This document shows positions 38,659 to 50,550 of a stretch of DNA of 64,000 bases, piece by piece. Location of the stretch: assembly GCF_006345805.1 (NCBI RefSeq), contig NC_042998.1, positions 51,708,001 through 51,772,000 of the forward strand, in the 5' to 3' direction. Origin of the DNA: Octopus sinensis (Eukaryota). The notes beneath the pieces were generated by a model, which made no database searches, had not been told where the DNA came from, and worked only from the letters and a program-made list of their open reading frames with translations. Each line of letters begins with the position of its first letter. The stretch's first letter is position 1. The position numbers were made by a program, and so were the translations under genes.

Positions 38659-39391
38659 AACAACAAACAAGATGAGGACAAATATCGTCTAATGTAAATA
38701 ATGTACATAATTCCTCATCTCTTAAATATAGAACTGTACCACCTTAAATGATTTTTTAGTTCAAGAAATCGACCCCAGGACTTATTCTTTGTAAACCTAG
38801 CACTTATTCTATTGATCTCTTTTACTGAACCGTTAAGTTATGGGGTTGTAAACACACCATCGATTTTCAAGCAATGGTGGGGGACAATCACAGACACAAA
38901 GACACACACGTATATATACATGACGGGCTTCCTTCAGTTTCTGTCTACCAAATCCCCTCACAAGGCTTTGGTCAGCCCGAGGCTATAGTAGAGTTACTTA
39001 GTAACCCAGCCAGTGCTGGTGACATGCAAAAAGCATTCAGTCCACACTGCGAAGTGGTTGGCATTTGGAAGGGCATCCAGCTATAAAAACCATACCAAAA
39101 TTGGTCTCACTTGTGCTGGTGCAACATAAAAACTACTCAGTCCTGTCTGCAGAGTGATTGGTGTTAAGAAGGGCATCTAGCCATAAAAACCATGCTAAAA
39201 CAGGCACAGAAGCCTGATGTAGTCTTCTACCTGTCTGGCTACTGTCAAACTGTTCAACCCATGCCAGCATGGAAGACAGATGTTAAACAGTGATGATGAT
39301 GATGATATAATACTTATATTTTGGGACAGGATATTGTGCTTTCTTTTCCTTCGCCTGAACATCCTATTTATATATAAACATAATATATAAT

Positions 39392-39740
39392 AGGCGCAGG
39401 AGTGGCTGTGTGGTAAGTAGCTTACTTACCAGCCACATGGTTCCGGGTTCAGTCCCACTGCATGGCATCTTGGGCAAGTGTCTTCTACTATATAGCCTCA
39501 GGCCAACCAAAGCATTGTGAATGGATTTGGTAGACGGAAACTGAAAGAAGCCTGTCATATATATGTATATATATATGTGTGTGTGCCTGTGTTTGTCCCC
39601 CCCAACATCGCTTGGCAACTGATACTGGTGTGTTTACATCCCCGTAACTTAGTGGTCCGGCAAAAGAGATCTTGACTAAAGGTGGTGCTTCGGCATGGCC
39701 GGAGTCAATTGACTGAAACAAGTAAAAGAGAGATAAAAGA
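39392..39740 (+). mobile_element. SINE family A copy
   Basis: aggcgcaggagtggctgtgtggtaag head through gaaacaagtaaaagag tail. Confidence 0.8.
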
Positions 39741-40808
39741 GATACATACACAGAATATATATATGTGTGTATATATATTTATGCATGTGTGTTTGTGCGG
39801 TGTGTGTGTGAGAGAGAGAGAGAATATGTATACACATATACATATTTTGTCCAACAAAAAATAAACATTTGATCAGATTGGAGCCTGGTGCGGCCATCTG
39901 GTTCACCAGTCCTCAGTCAAATCATCCAACTCATGCTAGCATGGAAAGTGGACATTATGATGATGATTTGAATGCTGAAATACCTTTACTGGTAATAGCA
40001 ATAATCCTTTCCAGTACAGGCACAAGGCTTGAAATTTTAGGTGGGGTAATGAATTAGTCAATTACAGCAACACCAGTGCTACACTGGTTCTTATTTCATT
40101 GACCCTGAAAGGATGAAAAACAATAATAATGTTTTCTAACAGACATACAACTACAAACTTTATGAGTAGAGTAATTTTGTATCCAATAATTTGATTGATA
40201 TTTATTTTATTGATACTGAACGGATGACAGACAAATTTGATGTGATGAGAGAAACTTAAAAGGAACAAATCTCAGTGTCACAAACTATTTTATTCCATGT
40301 TCTATGAGTTAATTCCCAAACTATCACTCACCCTTCTAGTAATTCTTTCCACAACAGGCTCAAGGCCTGAAGTATTAAGGAGGTAGGAAGAGAAGGAATC
40401 AGTTAATTACATTGATCTCCCTACCCAGTCTAGTACTCAACTGGTTCTTATTTTATTGACCCTAAAGGATGAAAGGCAAAGTTGACCTCACCAGAATTTG
40501 AATTCAGAATGTAAAGCCAGAAGAAATGCCTTAAGCATTTTGTCCAACATACTAACCATTCTGCCAGCTTGCCCACGTTCACCCTTGTAATAATAACCTG
40601 TAACATAGGCACACAACCAGAAAAATTCAATGCATATTAGCACTTGGCTGATACTAAAGCAGTCAACTTCAATTAATTATTGAGTGTCCAGCCTATCTTT
40701 CTGTCTGACTTTAATGATTTTATGTCAAGGTAGTTTATAATTTATGGTTTATTGCAAATAACTTCCTAAATTTGACTTCAAATTGTGTAGATTATAAATA
40801 AGCTATTA

Positions 40809-41803
40809 CAGTAGAACCTCACAATATGAGGGCACCGTTGTTTGAGTAATTTGCTGTATGAGCTGAGGCTCCTGTGAATTTTTGTCTTGAAGTACAAGCA
40901 GAAATCTGCAGTACAAGAGAATTTCATACAAGCGACTGAGAAAACTGAGGCCTGACTGCATATCTGAAAGAAACTTTGAGGAGATGAATCTAAGAACCTA
41001 TAGTCAAGGAGATAGTGTCTCTTGGCAAGGTCATGGCCTTGAGGCTGATGATGGGAACATTAACGATCTCATTGAGGAACACTCAGGGGAGCTGACAATA
41101 GATGAACACCTGCAGCCTCAGTAGCAGCAGCATTTGGACGCAGTGGAAGAGGTTGGTTCCTGGAGGAGGACAGTGTAGTGGAGAAGGCTATCTCTATGAG
41201 TAACATAAAGGCAATGTTGGTAAAGTGGAAGTATGCTTCTGAATTTGTAGAATAAAATCATCTTGAAAATATATCTATGGGTCATGCAGCTGCTTTATTT
41301 AATGACACTGCTCTGATGCATTTTCATAACATTTTGAAAGGCAGGAAAAACCAGACTTCTCTTGATATGTTACTAATGAAACAACCTGCATGTGTGAAAA
41401 AAGCCAAAATTAGGTGGAAAGAGAAAATGCCAGAAATTGTTCTTCATGAAGTCTTAATGGAAGGAAATTCTCATTCCAAACAGTAATCCTTCTCCTCGAA
41501 TCTCCATTCTCTTCCTTGCACACAAATAGCCCCATCATTAAGGTAATTCAATTAATGAAAGCAGTTTACATATTTGTTTTGTATTGGCCTTTTATTTGGT
41601 TTTTATAATTGTCATTTTCCTTGTAACTGCACCTTTTCCATTTTAAAACCCATAAAAATTGTTTTGGGGTGATTTTGTGGGGCTAGAATGGATTAATAAT
41701 ACCTTAATTAATTTCAATGGGGAATATTTATTTGTAAAACAAGTAAATCATAAAATGAGCTCAGTCATGGATTGAATTGTCCTTGTACTGTGAAGTACCA
41801 CTG
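40809..41803 (+). mobile_element. Tigger/pogo-family DNA transposon, internally deleted
   Basis: ta|CAGTAGAACCTC...GAAGTACCACTG|ta. Remnant translation EIVSLGKVM(G)LEADDGNINDLIEEHSGELT...ILKGRKNQTSLD matches Tigger transposase C-termini. Confidence 0.8.
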
Positions 41804-42953
41804 TATTTTTAATTTGCCTTGGATCCAGAACTACTTGATATGGTCATAGGGGTACTGTCTCATAATATATTGTGTGTCCTAGGCACTTTTAGATATAGTG
41901 GAGACCCTCTTCAGTTTTCACCACATCCAATTTCTTCCTAAAAGAGGGGAAGAGAGAAACGGAAAGAAAGTGTGACAAAGAAAAAGAAAATAAATAAATA
42001 AAAGTCAATTCCAGTAGAGAACTGGAACTTTATTTATCAACTCTGAAACGATGACAGGCAAAGCTGAGCTTAGTGGAACTTGATCTCAGAATATTAAGGC
42101 AAAAAGAATACTTGCAATTCATTTTGACCAATGTGTGTTATGGGGCATATAAGCTCTCAACAGAAAAAGTGGGTTTTCTGTATGGGGTTCCAACTCATAC
42201 CTCTCTGCTTTCGTGACAAGTGTTTTCACAAAAACAGAGAAGTGTGGGTTCAAGTCCCATGCATATGGTAAACACCCCAAATATTAGACTACCTTTTTTT
42301 CAATTAACACACAGTGATTGCTTATAAGCTTTAAGCTCATAAAATATTATCATTATTTACAGAATTGTAAAATCAGCACCACTTATCAAATCATAGCATA
42401 CACACACACACACTCACACACACACATGCACACACACACACGCACAGATTAGATAGTAATACATAAATACATACATATCCACTTCTGTGAAGTCACTGGA
42501 TTTGTTGCGCATAAAGACATTGGCTACTTGTTCCTCTGGGATTGGTTAAGTGATGTAGACACCTCAGATGAGAACTCAATTAGGTCTGAAAATCAATTAA
42601 GGCTGTTTGTCACTTTTCAGTCAACTGAGAAATAGTAAAAAAAATTGCCCTGTTTGTATATCAGCTGCACAGGTTACACACACACACACACACATTACAT
42701 ACACGTACTTATGTATGCATGTATAATTATGCATATAATAAAAAGAGACCTTTGAAAAATATCTGAGTAGCTAGTGTAATGAATTTGAGAAAAAGAAACA
42801 AGGCCAGGGTAAGTATACAAAATCTAAATACTATATATCATAATTATTTGTTTGAATGAAACCATCTTGGCTTCAATAGACAGGTAGACAAGTGCATAAA
42901 GCTAACTGCAACCAACCTTCAATAAGAAGAGGAGATCCACTCACACAATAATT

Positions 42954-43254
42954 GTTTTGTTTGTTCCTTCTTGAGCCATGCCTGGCTCATAAGGGCCGGT
43001 TTCCCGGTTTCTTGGCGTATAGGTTCCCCACCTGGATGGGACACCGGTCCGTCGCAGGTGAGCTGCAAGATGCAGGAGGAAAGAGTGAGAGAAAGTTGTG
43101 GCGAAAGAGTCAGCAGAAGTTCGCCATTACCTTCTGCCGGAGCCGCTTGGAGCTTAGGTGTTTTCGCTCATAAACACACACATCGCCTGGTCTGAGATTC
43201 GAACCCGTGATCCCTCGACCACGCTGCTCTAACCACTAGGCCATGTGCCTCCAC
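42954..43254 (-). mobile_element. Full-length tRNA-headed SINE (family D) with a Meta/V-domain-like core and TSD
   Basis: Minus: GTGGAGGCACATGGCCTAGTGG (A box)...GGGTTCGAATC (B box)...CCTGCGACGGACCGGTGTCCCATCCAGG...GAAACCGGG. Flanking repeat CCACTCACACAATAATT at 42937-42953 and 43251-43267. Confidence 0.8.
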
Positions 43255-43269
43255 TCACACAATAATTAA

Positions 43270-43484
43270 TCCTTTAGCATTTAAAATCGCCATATCTGGC
43301 TAAAATATTCTACCTGTTCTACGTTCAAACTGACCAGATTTGGTCTCATCTACCCTATGATGTCAACCTGAAAATAAATAATCACACCATCAAAATCTCT
43401 CAGCTATGATGTGTTGCGTAGTTAAGACAAAACAATTGACTAAATAAGTATTATATTTAACACAATAATCCAAATGCCAAAAGG
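43270..43484 (+). mobile_element. piggyBac-like TTAA MITE M1, orientation A
   Basis: ttaa|TCCTTTAGCATT...AATGCCAAAAGG|ttaa. Confidence 0.75.
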
Positions 43485-46084
43485 TTAAAGGACAGTCTGT
43501 TTTTTCTTGGAAACAAGAGGACAGCAGTAAACACATTTTGTGTCAATGGGTATTCTCAAGACATTGCCCTACTTCTGCTTCAGTCGCATATAAAACTTAA
43601 ATATATATGAAATGAATAGAGACACTAGGATTGATAAAGTAAAGTACAAGTCATGAACTGGAACCAATGATATTAACTCTGTCTCCACCTTTCAGTTGGA
43701 ATGTTACTTCTAATATTGCCTGTTTCTTTCTAAACTTAATCAGTAGGCACTTTCCTACTAGCCATAGATTTCATAAAATTCATATAAATAGGGAGTGTTA
43801 AGGTAAGTCATATCCATATGAATAATTTTACTTCTTTCTTTCAACAATAATTAATAGGAGCAAATTAACATCCATTATCACACAGGATTTATTATTACAA
43901 TGTAGTTGCCATACTAATAACATTAGTCTTATAAATGTTAAATATTTTTAGCTGAGTGCCATATACTGTGCTAAAGTTTCCACTAGAAACAATGACTGTA
44001 CAAAGTGCTATATAGGCCTCATGGAGAATGCTTTTGAATTCAGATATAACCAGCATACTTTTTCATTCTGGTATAAAGAAAACTAAACTGGTGCAACAAG
44101 CCTTTCCAAGTACAACTGAGATTTAAAGAATAATGGTATTTGTAATTATAATATTAGCTGCCAAATAACTGAATTCACACCTGCTTATATTAAAAACTTC
44201 AAATGTGATCTCTGCTTATCAATGAAATATGTGTTCATGTTAACCTGTTCAGTTTTTTAAATTAAAAATTAGAATTGGTTTCCTCATCTTCTTATCAAAG
44301 GAAATTTATTTTACAAACGTCCATGCTACCTTGTGGATCATGCTTGTAGTGACACCACCTTGGAAATCTGCATGCATGCACAGAGTTGGATTCTTCCGGG
44401 AGGCCTACCAGAAGTTCCTTCATGCGCATGCGCAGAAAACTAGCAGCAGCGATTTTTTCTCTCATATTGGCCCCTCGGATGCTAACAGCTGAACAGGACG
44501 GACCTGTTTTAGCAGCTCTCTGAAGCCGCACCTCGTGGCATTGCTACGCTATGCTTGAACGGACAGGATTTGGCTCACTCCACTTGACTACTGCAACAAG
44601 CTCCTAGGCTGCCGATTCGCCCAGAAGAAGAATGTATATATTGTGAATCCAGAAATAAAATATTTATGCTGTTGAAGTTAATTGGAAGTCTTGACTCTTT
44701 CCTTCACTTAATATTTTAATGTAAAGGATGAGAGCTGTACCCATCCAGTGTTACAGACCTTTCTTCCTGTTACATGCTATTCACAATTACAGGAACTTGT
44801 CACATGTCTGACCATACCTATGAATTTTTAGATTTTGTTTACTTCTGTTACAATTTCTGCAACCAAATCTTTTATAACCTTTTGTATTTGTGTGTGTGTG
44901 TGTGTGTATTTTGGTTGGTTGTCTTTCCTTTTCTCATCTTTCCACCTTCTATATTAATGCTATTCATGTAGCCATCATTCACTTTTATCATGCTGCCACA
45001 CTCCACGTGTTGCAACATCTACAAATACACACCATGTTTCTTTTCTTACTTTATAAGCTTCTACATTAAATTTAATAATGTATATCAACTAGTAATGAGA
45101 TATTAATGAGAGAGTAGTACAAGGGAAAACTTTTATAAAGCTTAGTACTGTCCTTAGTCAATAATACCTCATTACTGCACGATAGACATTATTAGTTTTC
45201 ACTTTCCCTAATTTTATTAATGACCTATACTCACCCCACTTTATGCAAATTTAATGTTTTGGTTTTGGCCTACTTTTTGCCATACAATTTGCACAAATGA
45301 ACTTTCATGGCAGATTGACTTTGTATTTATACTTGTAGTTTTCCTATGCATTTTATGTAATTTATAATTTATATATTGTTTTCTACAAATGCTTGTATCT
45401 ACTTATTATTTATTTAGATATATTGCTTTCTCGTGTATTTGTTTACACATTTGTTTTGTGTTTTGCATTTCATTCCATGCTATGCATCATTTCATGATTG
45501 TGTATGTTATCAATGGAAATGCATTTCATTTACTGTCGAGTATTTTTATGTTGAATTACATGTTCATGTGTGGTTGTATAGATCTGTATTTTTTCCTATA
45601 GGCATGGTTATACAGTATTCAAATATTTGTGCATTTGTATACATGCAGTAATGTACCTGTATTTTTGTGTATATGCTCGGCCATAAATTATATACATGAA
45701 TGTGTATATGTGTGTGTGTGTGCGTGCACATATGTGTCTGTGTGTGTATATGTGGGTACAATTAAATATATGTATATATATATAAACATGTATGTTTGTA
45801 CATATGTATGTGTCCATTTATTTGAGTTTATATGTATATATGTATCCATATGTATATATTTTTGTCTGTCTATCTACCTATTTATTTATCTATCTACCTA
45901 TCATCATCATCATCATTTAGCGTCTGCTTTCCATGCTAGCATGGGTTGGACGGTTCAACTGGGGTCTGTGAAGCTGGAAGGCTTCGTCAGGCCCAGTCAG
46001 ATCTGGCAGTGTTTCTACAGCTGGATGCCCTTCCTAACGCCAACCACTCTGTGAGTGTAGTGGGTGCTTTTTACGTGCCACCTG

Positions 46085-46118
<34 letters not shown>

Positions 46119-46564
46119 TTTCAATTTCTAGAGCGTTTGGCATGTTGTGTTCTTGAGCAAAACACTTCATCACTCATTGCTCTGTAATCACTTTGACACC
46201 TGAGGTATGGTACACCATGTACCTGTTCATGCAACGTTAATTTGATGGTGGGAATAAGCTAATATACAGCACATGCATTTGGTCCCTAAAAAATCATTTG
46301 TGCAGGTCATTCAGTAAAAGCTAAACTCTTACACATTGTCTTCAACAGGAAAGTTCATCATTCACACACACACACACACACAATGGGCTTCTTTTGGGCA
46401 TTGGTTGACCCAAGGCTATAGTAGAAGGTACTTGCCTAAGGTGCCACGCATTGGGACTGAACCTGAAACAATGTAGTTGGGAAGCAAGCTTCTTACCACA
46501 CAGCCATGCCTGCACCTAATATATATATATATATAATATATATATATATATGTATGTATGTATG

Positions 46565-46602
<38 letters not shown>

Positions 46603-46614
46603 AAGAATAAAAGA

Positions 46615-46646
<32 letters not shown>

Positions 46647-46648
<2 letters not shown>

Positions 46649-47004
46649 GTGGTAAGTAGCTTGCTTACCAACCATATGGTTCTGGGTTCAGTCCCACTGC
46701 ATGGCACCATGGGCAAGTATCCTTTTCTATAGCTTCAGGCTAACCAAAGCCTTGTGAGTGGATTTGGTAGACGGAAACTGGAAGAAGCCTATTGGACATA
46801 TATATGTATGTGTGTGTTTGTTCCCCTACAACATCTCTTGACAATTGATGCTGGTTTGTTACATCCCCGTAACCTAGCAGTTCAGCAAAAGAAACTGGTA
46901 GAATAAGTACTAGGCTTACAAAGAATAAGTCCTGGAGTTTATCTGCTTGACTAAAGGCAATGATCCAGCATGGCCACAGTCAAATGATTAAAACAAATAA
47001 AAGA

Positions 47005-47005
<1 letters not shown>
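46647..47005 (+). mobile_element. SINE family A copy, head-to-head with partial copy 46380-46515
   Basis: Family A consensus; separated from the inverted head by a TA/TG microsatellite. Confidence 0.75.
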
Positions 47006-47056
<51 letters not shown>

Positions 47057-47196
47057 AAAATTTAAATAATCAGAAAATGGAGAAAACTTTTGATCGATAA
47101 ACAAACAAATTGAGCCACAGTTCTAAATTTAAGAGATGAGGGATTATGCACATTATTTACATTCGACGGATATTTGTCCTCATCTTGTTTGTTGTT

Positions 47197-47239
47197 TACA
47201 CGTTTCGGCTGATATACCCTCCAGCCTTCTTCAGGTGTC
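47197..47239 (-). ncRNA. Hammerhead motif H1 (short variant)
   Basis: GACAC-CTGAAGA-A-GGCTG(gagggtatat)CAGCC-GAAAC-GTGTA. Confidence 0.5.
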
Positions 47240-47402
47240 TTGAGGAAATTTCGAACCTGGGCATATGGCATAGTGGTTAAGAGTGCAGGCTACCAACTCC
47301 AAGATTCTGAGTTCAATTCCAAGCAGTGACCTGAACAATAATAATAATAATAACATGGAAAAATATCTTAGGAATGAGAACCCAGTTTCGAAATTTCCCC
47401 AA

Positions 47403-47448
47403 GACACCTGAAGAAGGCTGGAGGGTATATCAGCCGAAATATTGTATT
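47403..47448 (+). ncRNA. Hammerhead motif H1 (long variant, decayed)
   Basis: GACAC-CTGAAGA-A-GGCTG(gagggtatat)CAGCC-GAAA-TATT-GTATT. Confidence 0.55.
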
Positions 47449-48012
47449 AACAACAAACAAGATGAGGACAAATATCTGTTGAATGTAAATAATGTAAATT
47501 GAACCACATAGGTTGATTATTTTTTTTAATACAAAACATGGCATAACATTTCTTACAGCCATTTCTGCTTCCAGTGTTAGTTGGTGCTTACAAAATTCTG
47601 AAAATATTATTCATCATCTTCATAGCACAGAGTGAATAAAAATGTGTAAAATAAAATAAGCAAAGTGAAGAGGGAATTGGAAAGAACAGGGCCTCGAGAA
47701 GAAGCCAGAAGGCTCAATATATTAAACTCATTCCATCTTGCAGCGTGGAGCTTGAAGTTGATAGGCAATAGAGTGAACTAGCAGTGATCTAGAGAAATAT
47801 TTTTATGGGTTATTTCTATATAAAGGGGAACCAGGGTGTTTGAATAGTAGCGAAATGAAGCTAAAATAAGACAAGAATTATCAATATATCTAGAAAAAGA
47901 ATAGTACTTATGATATCATAAACAGGGCTAATTAATATTTATACCAAAACAAAACTGTAGAGTTCTTATAATATCATCAGCCTAACTTAATGCAAGACAC
48001 ATATAATATACT

Positions 48013-48420
48013 CTTTTTCTTTTTCTCTTTTTACTTGTTTCAGTCATTTGACTGCGGCCATGCTGGAGCACCGCCTTTAGTCGAGCAAATCGACCCCGGG
48101 ACTTATTCTTTGTAAGTCCAGTACTTATTCTATCGGTCTCTTTTGCCGAACCGCTAAGTTACGGGGACGTAAACACACCAGCATCGGTTGTCAAGCAATG
48201 CTAGGGGAACAAACACAGACACACAAACATATTCACACACACTTATATATATATACATATATACGACAGGCTTCTTTACGTTTCCGTCTACCAAATCCAC
48301 TCACAAGGCATTGGTCGGCCCGGGGCTATAGCAGAAGACACGTGCCCAAGATGCCACGCAGTGGGACTGAACCCGGAACCATGTGGTTGGTTAGCAAGCT
48401 ACTTACCAAACAGCCACTCT
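48013..48420 (-). mobile_element. SINE family A, near-intact CpG-rich copy
   Basis: Reverse complement of 53892-54333 with high identity by eye. Confidence 0.85.
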
Positions 48421-49198
48421 GTATAATATAATACACTTATAATATAATATCTGAAATATAGAGCACCACCTGTTTTCCACAATGGAATTGACCAAAGTTT
48501 ATCTATTGGTCTATTATATTTGAACCAAGGGCAAAAGTTAAGACCGTTACAGGGGTATATGTAAATAAAGAAGAAAACAAACCAGTAAATTTGTATTTAC
48601 TCTGATGATGCTCCATGTACTAGATCAAATGGGATATGAAAATGACGAATATTATTTTCGGAATTTCTCTCATAACCATAAACTAACATTGGAAGCAGAA
48701 ACGGCCATAAAAATATTATGTCATGTTTTGTATTAAAAAACAATCAACTGATGTGGTTCAATTTGTTAGTTTGTTTATCAAAAATTTTCTCCATTTTCTA
48801 ATTATTTAAATTTGATTTCTGATAAACTTTTGTTTATTCTGTTGTTACCTGTACCCTATGAGCAAAGTGTGCCTGCATACCCATGCCCAGGAATAGTGTA
48901 GGTAATTGATACCGATAGTAAATATCGATGCTATTATCCCTTAGACGGTTACTACAACCACTAACTCTGCTTACCTTTGACATATCTTGTCCACTAATTT
49001 ATGTATATATATATATATATATATATATTCGGTACAAGCAATTAAGATTCAAGTGAGTTCTGTTGAATTCACATGAATATGGTACTTAACTTGGATGCAC
49101 CAGAAATCTATATGGTGTTAACCATACGACAATGCAGGGTGATTATAAATAGGAAAAAAGCAACAAGAATGGATCAATATTTCGGTACAATTCGTATA

Positions 49199-49455
49199 TT
49201 AAAATTATAATTTAGGGTATCTAAGAGATACCTCCACGCTAGAAATAGCAGCCAAAACTTGACTCTAAAACCACATTAAATGTTCATACAGCACCAGGAG
49301 AGAAGACAAATGACAAGATGAACTAGCAAAAAATTCCTGGATAATTCCAGATCCTGGATTTCTGGCCTTGCATAAGAAATGGTTTTAGAGTCAAGTTTTG
49401 GCTGCTATTTCCAGCGTGGAGGTATCTCTTAGATACAACTAAATTATAATTTTAA
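49199..49455. mobile_element. Fold-back MITE with ~75-bp near-perfect TIRs
   Basis: 49199-49273 (ttaaaattataatttagggtatctaagagatacctccacgc...) is the reverse complement of 49380-49455 apart from a few mismatches. Confidence 0.8.
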
Positions 49456-49534
49456 CAATAATTATTACCTTTGAAGGTTTTTATTTCCATGCTGGCCACT
49501 TGATAAGATCGATAATTAAATTAACGATCTTATC

Positions 49535-49565
<31 letters not shown>

Positions 49566-49915
49566 GGTTCCGGGTTCAGTCCCACTGCGTGGCATCTTGG
49601 GCAAGTGACTTCTGCTATAGCCCCAGGCCGACCAATGCCTTGTGAGTGGATTTGGTAGACGGAAACTGAAAGAAGCCTGTCGTATATATGTATATATATG
49701 TGTGTGTGTGTGTGTGTTTGTCCCCCTAGCATTGCTTGACAACCGATGCTGGTGTGTTTACGTCCCCGTCACTTAGCGGTTCGGCAAAAGAGACCGATAG
49801 AATAAATACTGAGCTTACAAAGAATAAGTCCCTGGGTCGATTTGCTCGACTAAAGGCGGTGCTCCAGCATGGCCGCAGTCAAATGACTGAAACAAGTAAA
49901 AGAGTAAAGAGTAGA
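49566..49915 (+). mobile_element. SINE family A, 5'-truncated young copy
   Basis: Starts at ggttccgggttcagtccc directly after (TA)n. Confidence 0.85.
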
Positions 49916-50550
49916 GTAATATATATATGCATAAATATATGTATGTGTATATCTGTATCAGCACTACCTTTAACCAGTCATTTTCATACTGTGCAAATGT
50001 AAACTTCTTAAACCTCTCTTTCACTGGCATTTGCTAACTAGAAAGTTTTTCATTAAAAGTTTCCTTCTTTGGTAAATTGTGACACAAACATTTAACTTTT
50101 TTTTTTTTAAATTATCAACGTACTTATCAGGACTTTACATCAAGTCTGATACTTGATCTGCACACTTAGAGGCCACTCCAATTTAAGAAGCACATTAAAA
50201 TCTATGAAAATATAAGATCCAAGCAAGCACTTGACTTAATTTTATTCCTATTGTCATGTATTGTTCTCACTCTAGACATTGCAAAATTTAAAAGAATCAC
50301 ACATTTGGTTAAAAAGAAAGTGTAGTTTTTAAATCATTAAAATTCAGCCAAGTTTTCATAAGGGTGCATTTCCATAACCTTAATGTTTGGGATGCTTGTA
50401 TTAATGTTCCATTGTTTCTGTGTAGTTGGAAATTATACAATTCTACAATTGTTAGAGCAAAGCAGACATCAGCTCTTTCTTTGTATGTGTATATGTGTTT
50501 GTGTATGAGTAAGTGTGTGCATGTATATGTATGTATATATATATGTATAT

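Larger units (their letters stand above)
38229..38737. mobile_element. Head-to-head inverted pair of tRNA-headed, hammerhead-bearing elements (family P) with 13-bp TSD
   Basis: TSD ACCACCTTAAATG at 38216-38228 and 38738-38750. Arms 38229-38463 (reverse) and 38466-38737 (forward). Each arm has an A box TGGCGTAGTGG, a B box GAGTTCGAT, (AAT)n and a PLE-like tail. Confidence 0.85.
38167..38990 (-). mobile_element. SINE family A copy interrupted by the hammerhead palindrome insertion
   Basis: The SINE tail (38167-38228) resumes at 38751 after the TSD-bounded insert. Confidence 0.75.
47120..47505. mobile_element. Second inverted family-P insertion (tail-only inverted arm plus tRNA-headed arm) with 13-bp TSD
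   Basis: TSD AAATTGA[G/A]CCACA at 47107-47119 and 47506-47518. Reverse arm 47120-47261 and forward arm 47259-47505 overlap in a GGG microhomology. Confidence 0.85.

Noticed and set aside
44295-44531. 78-aa minus-strand ORF in the CpG island
   Set aside because: Non-ATG start just after a stop, no recognisable domain or splice context; region kept as a non-coding finding.
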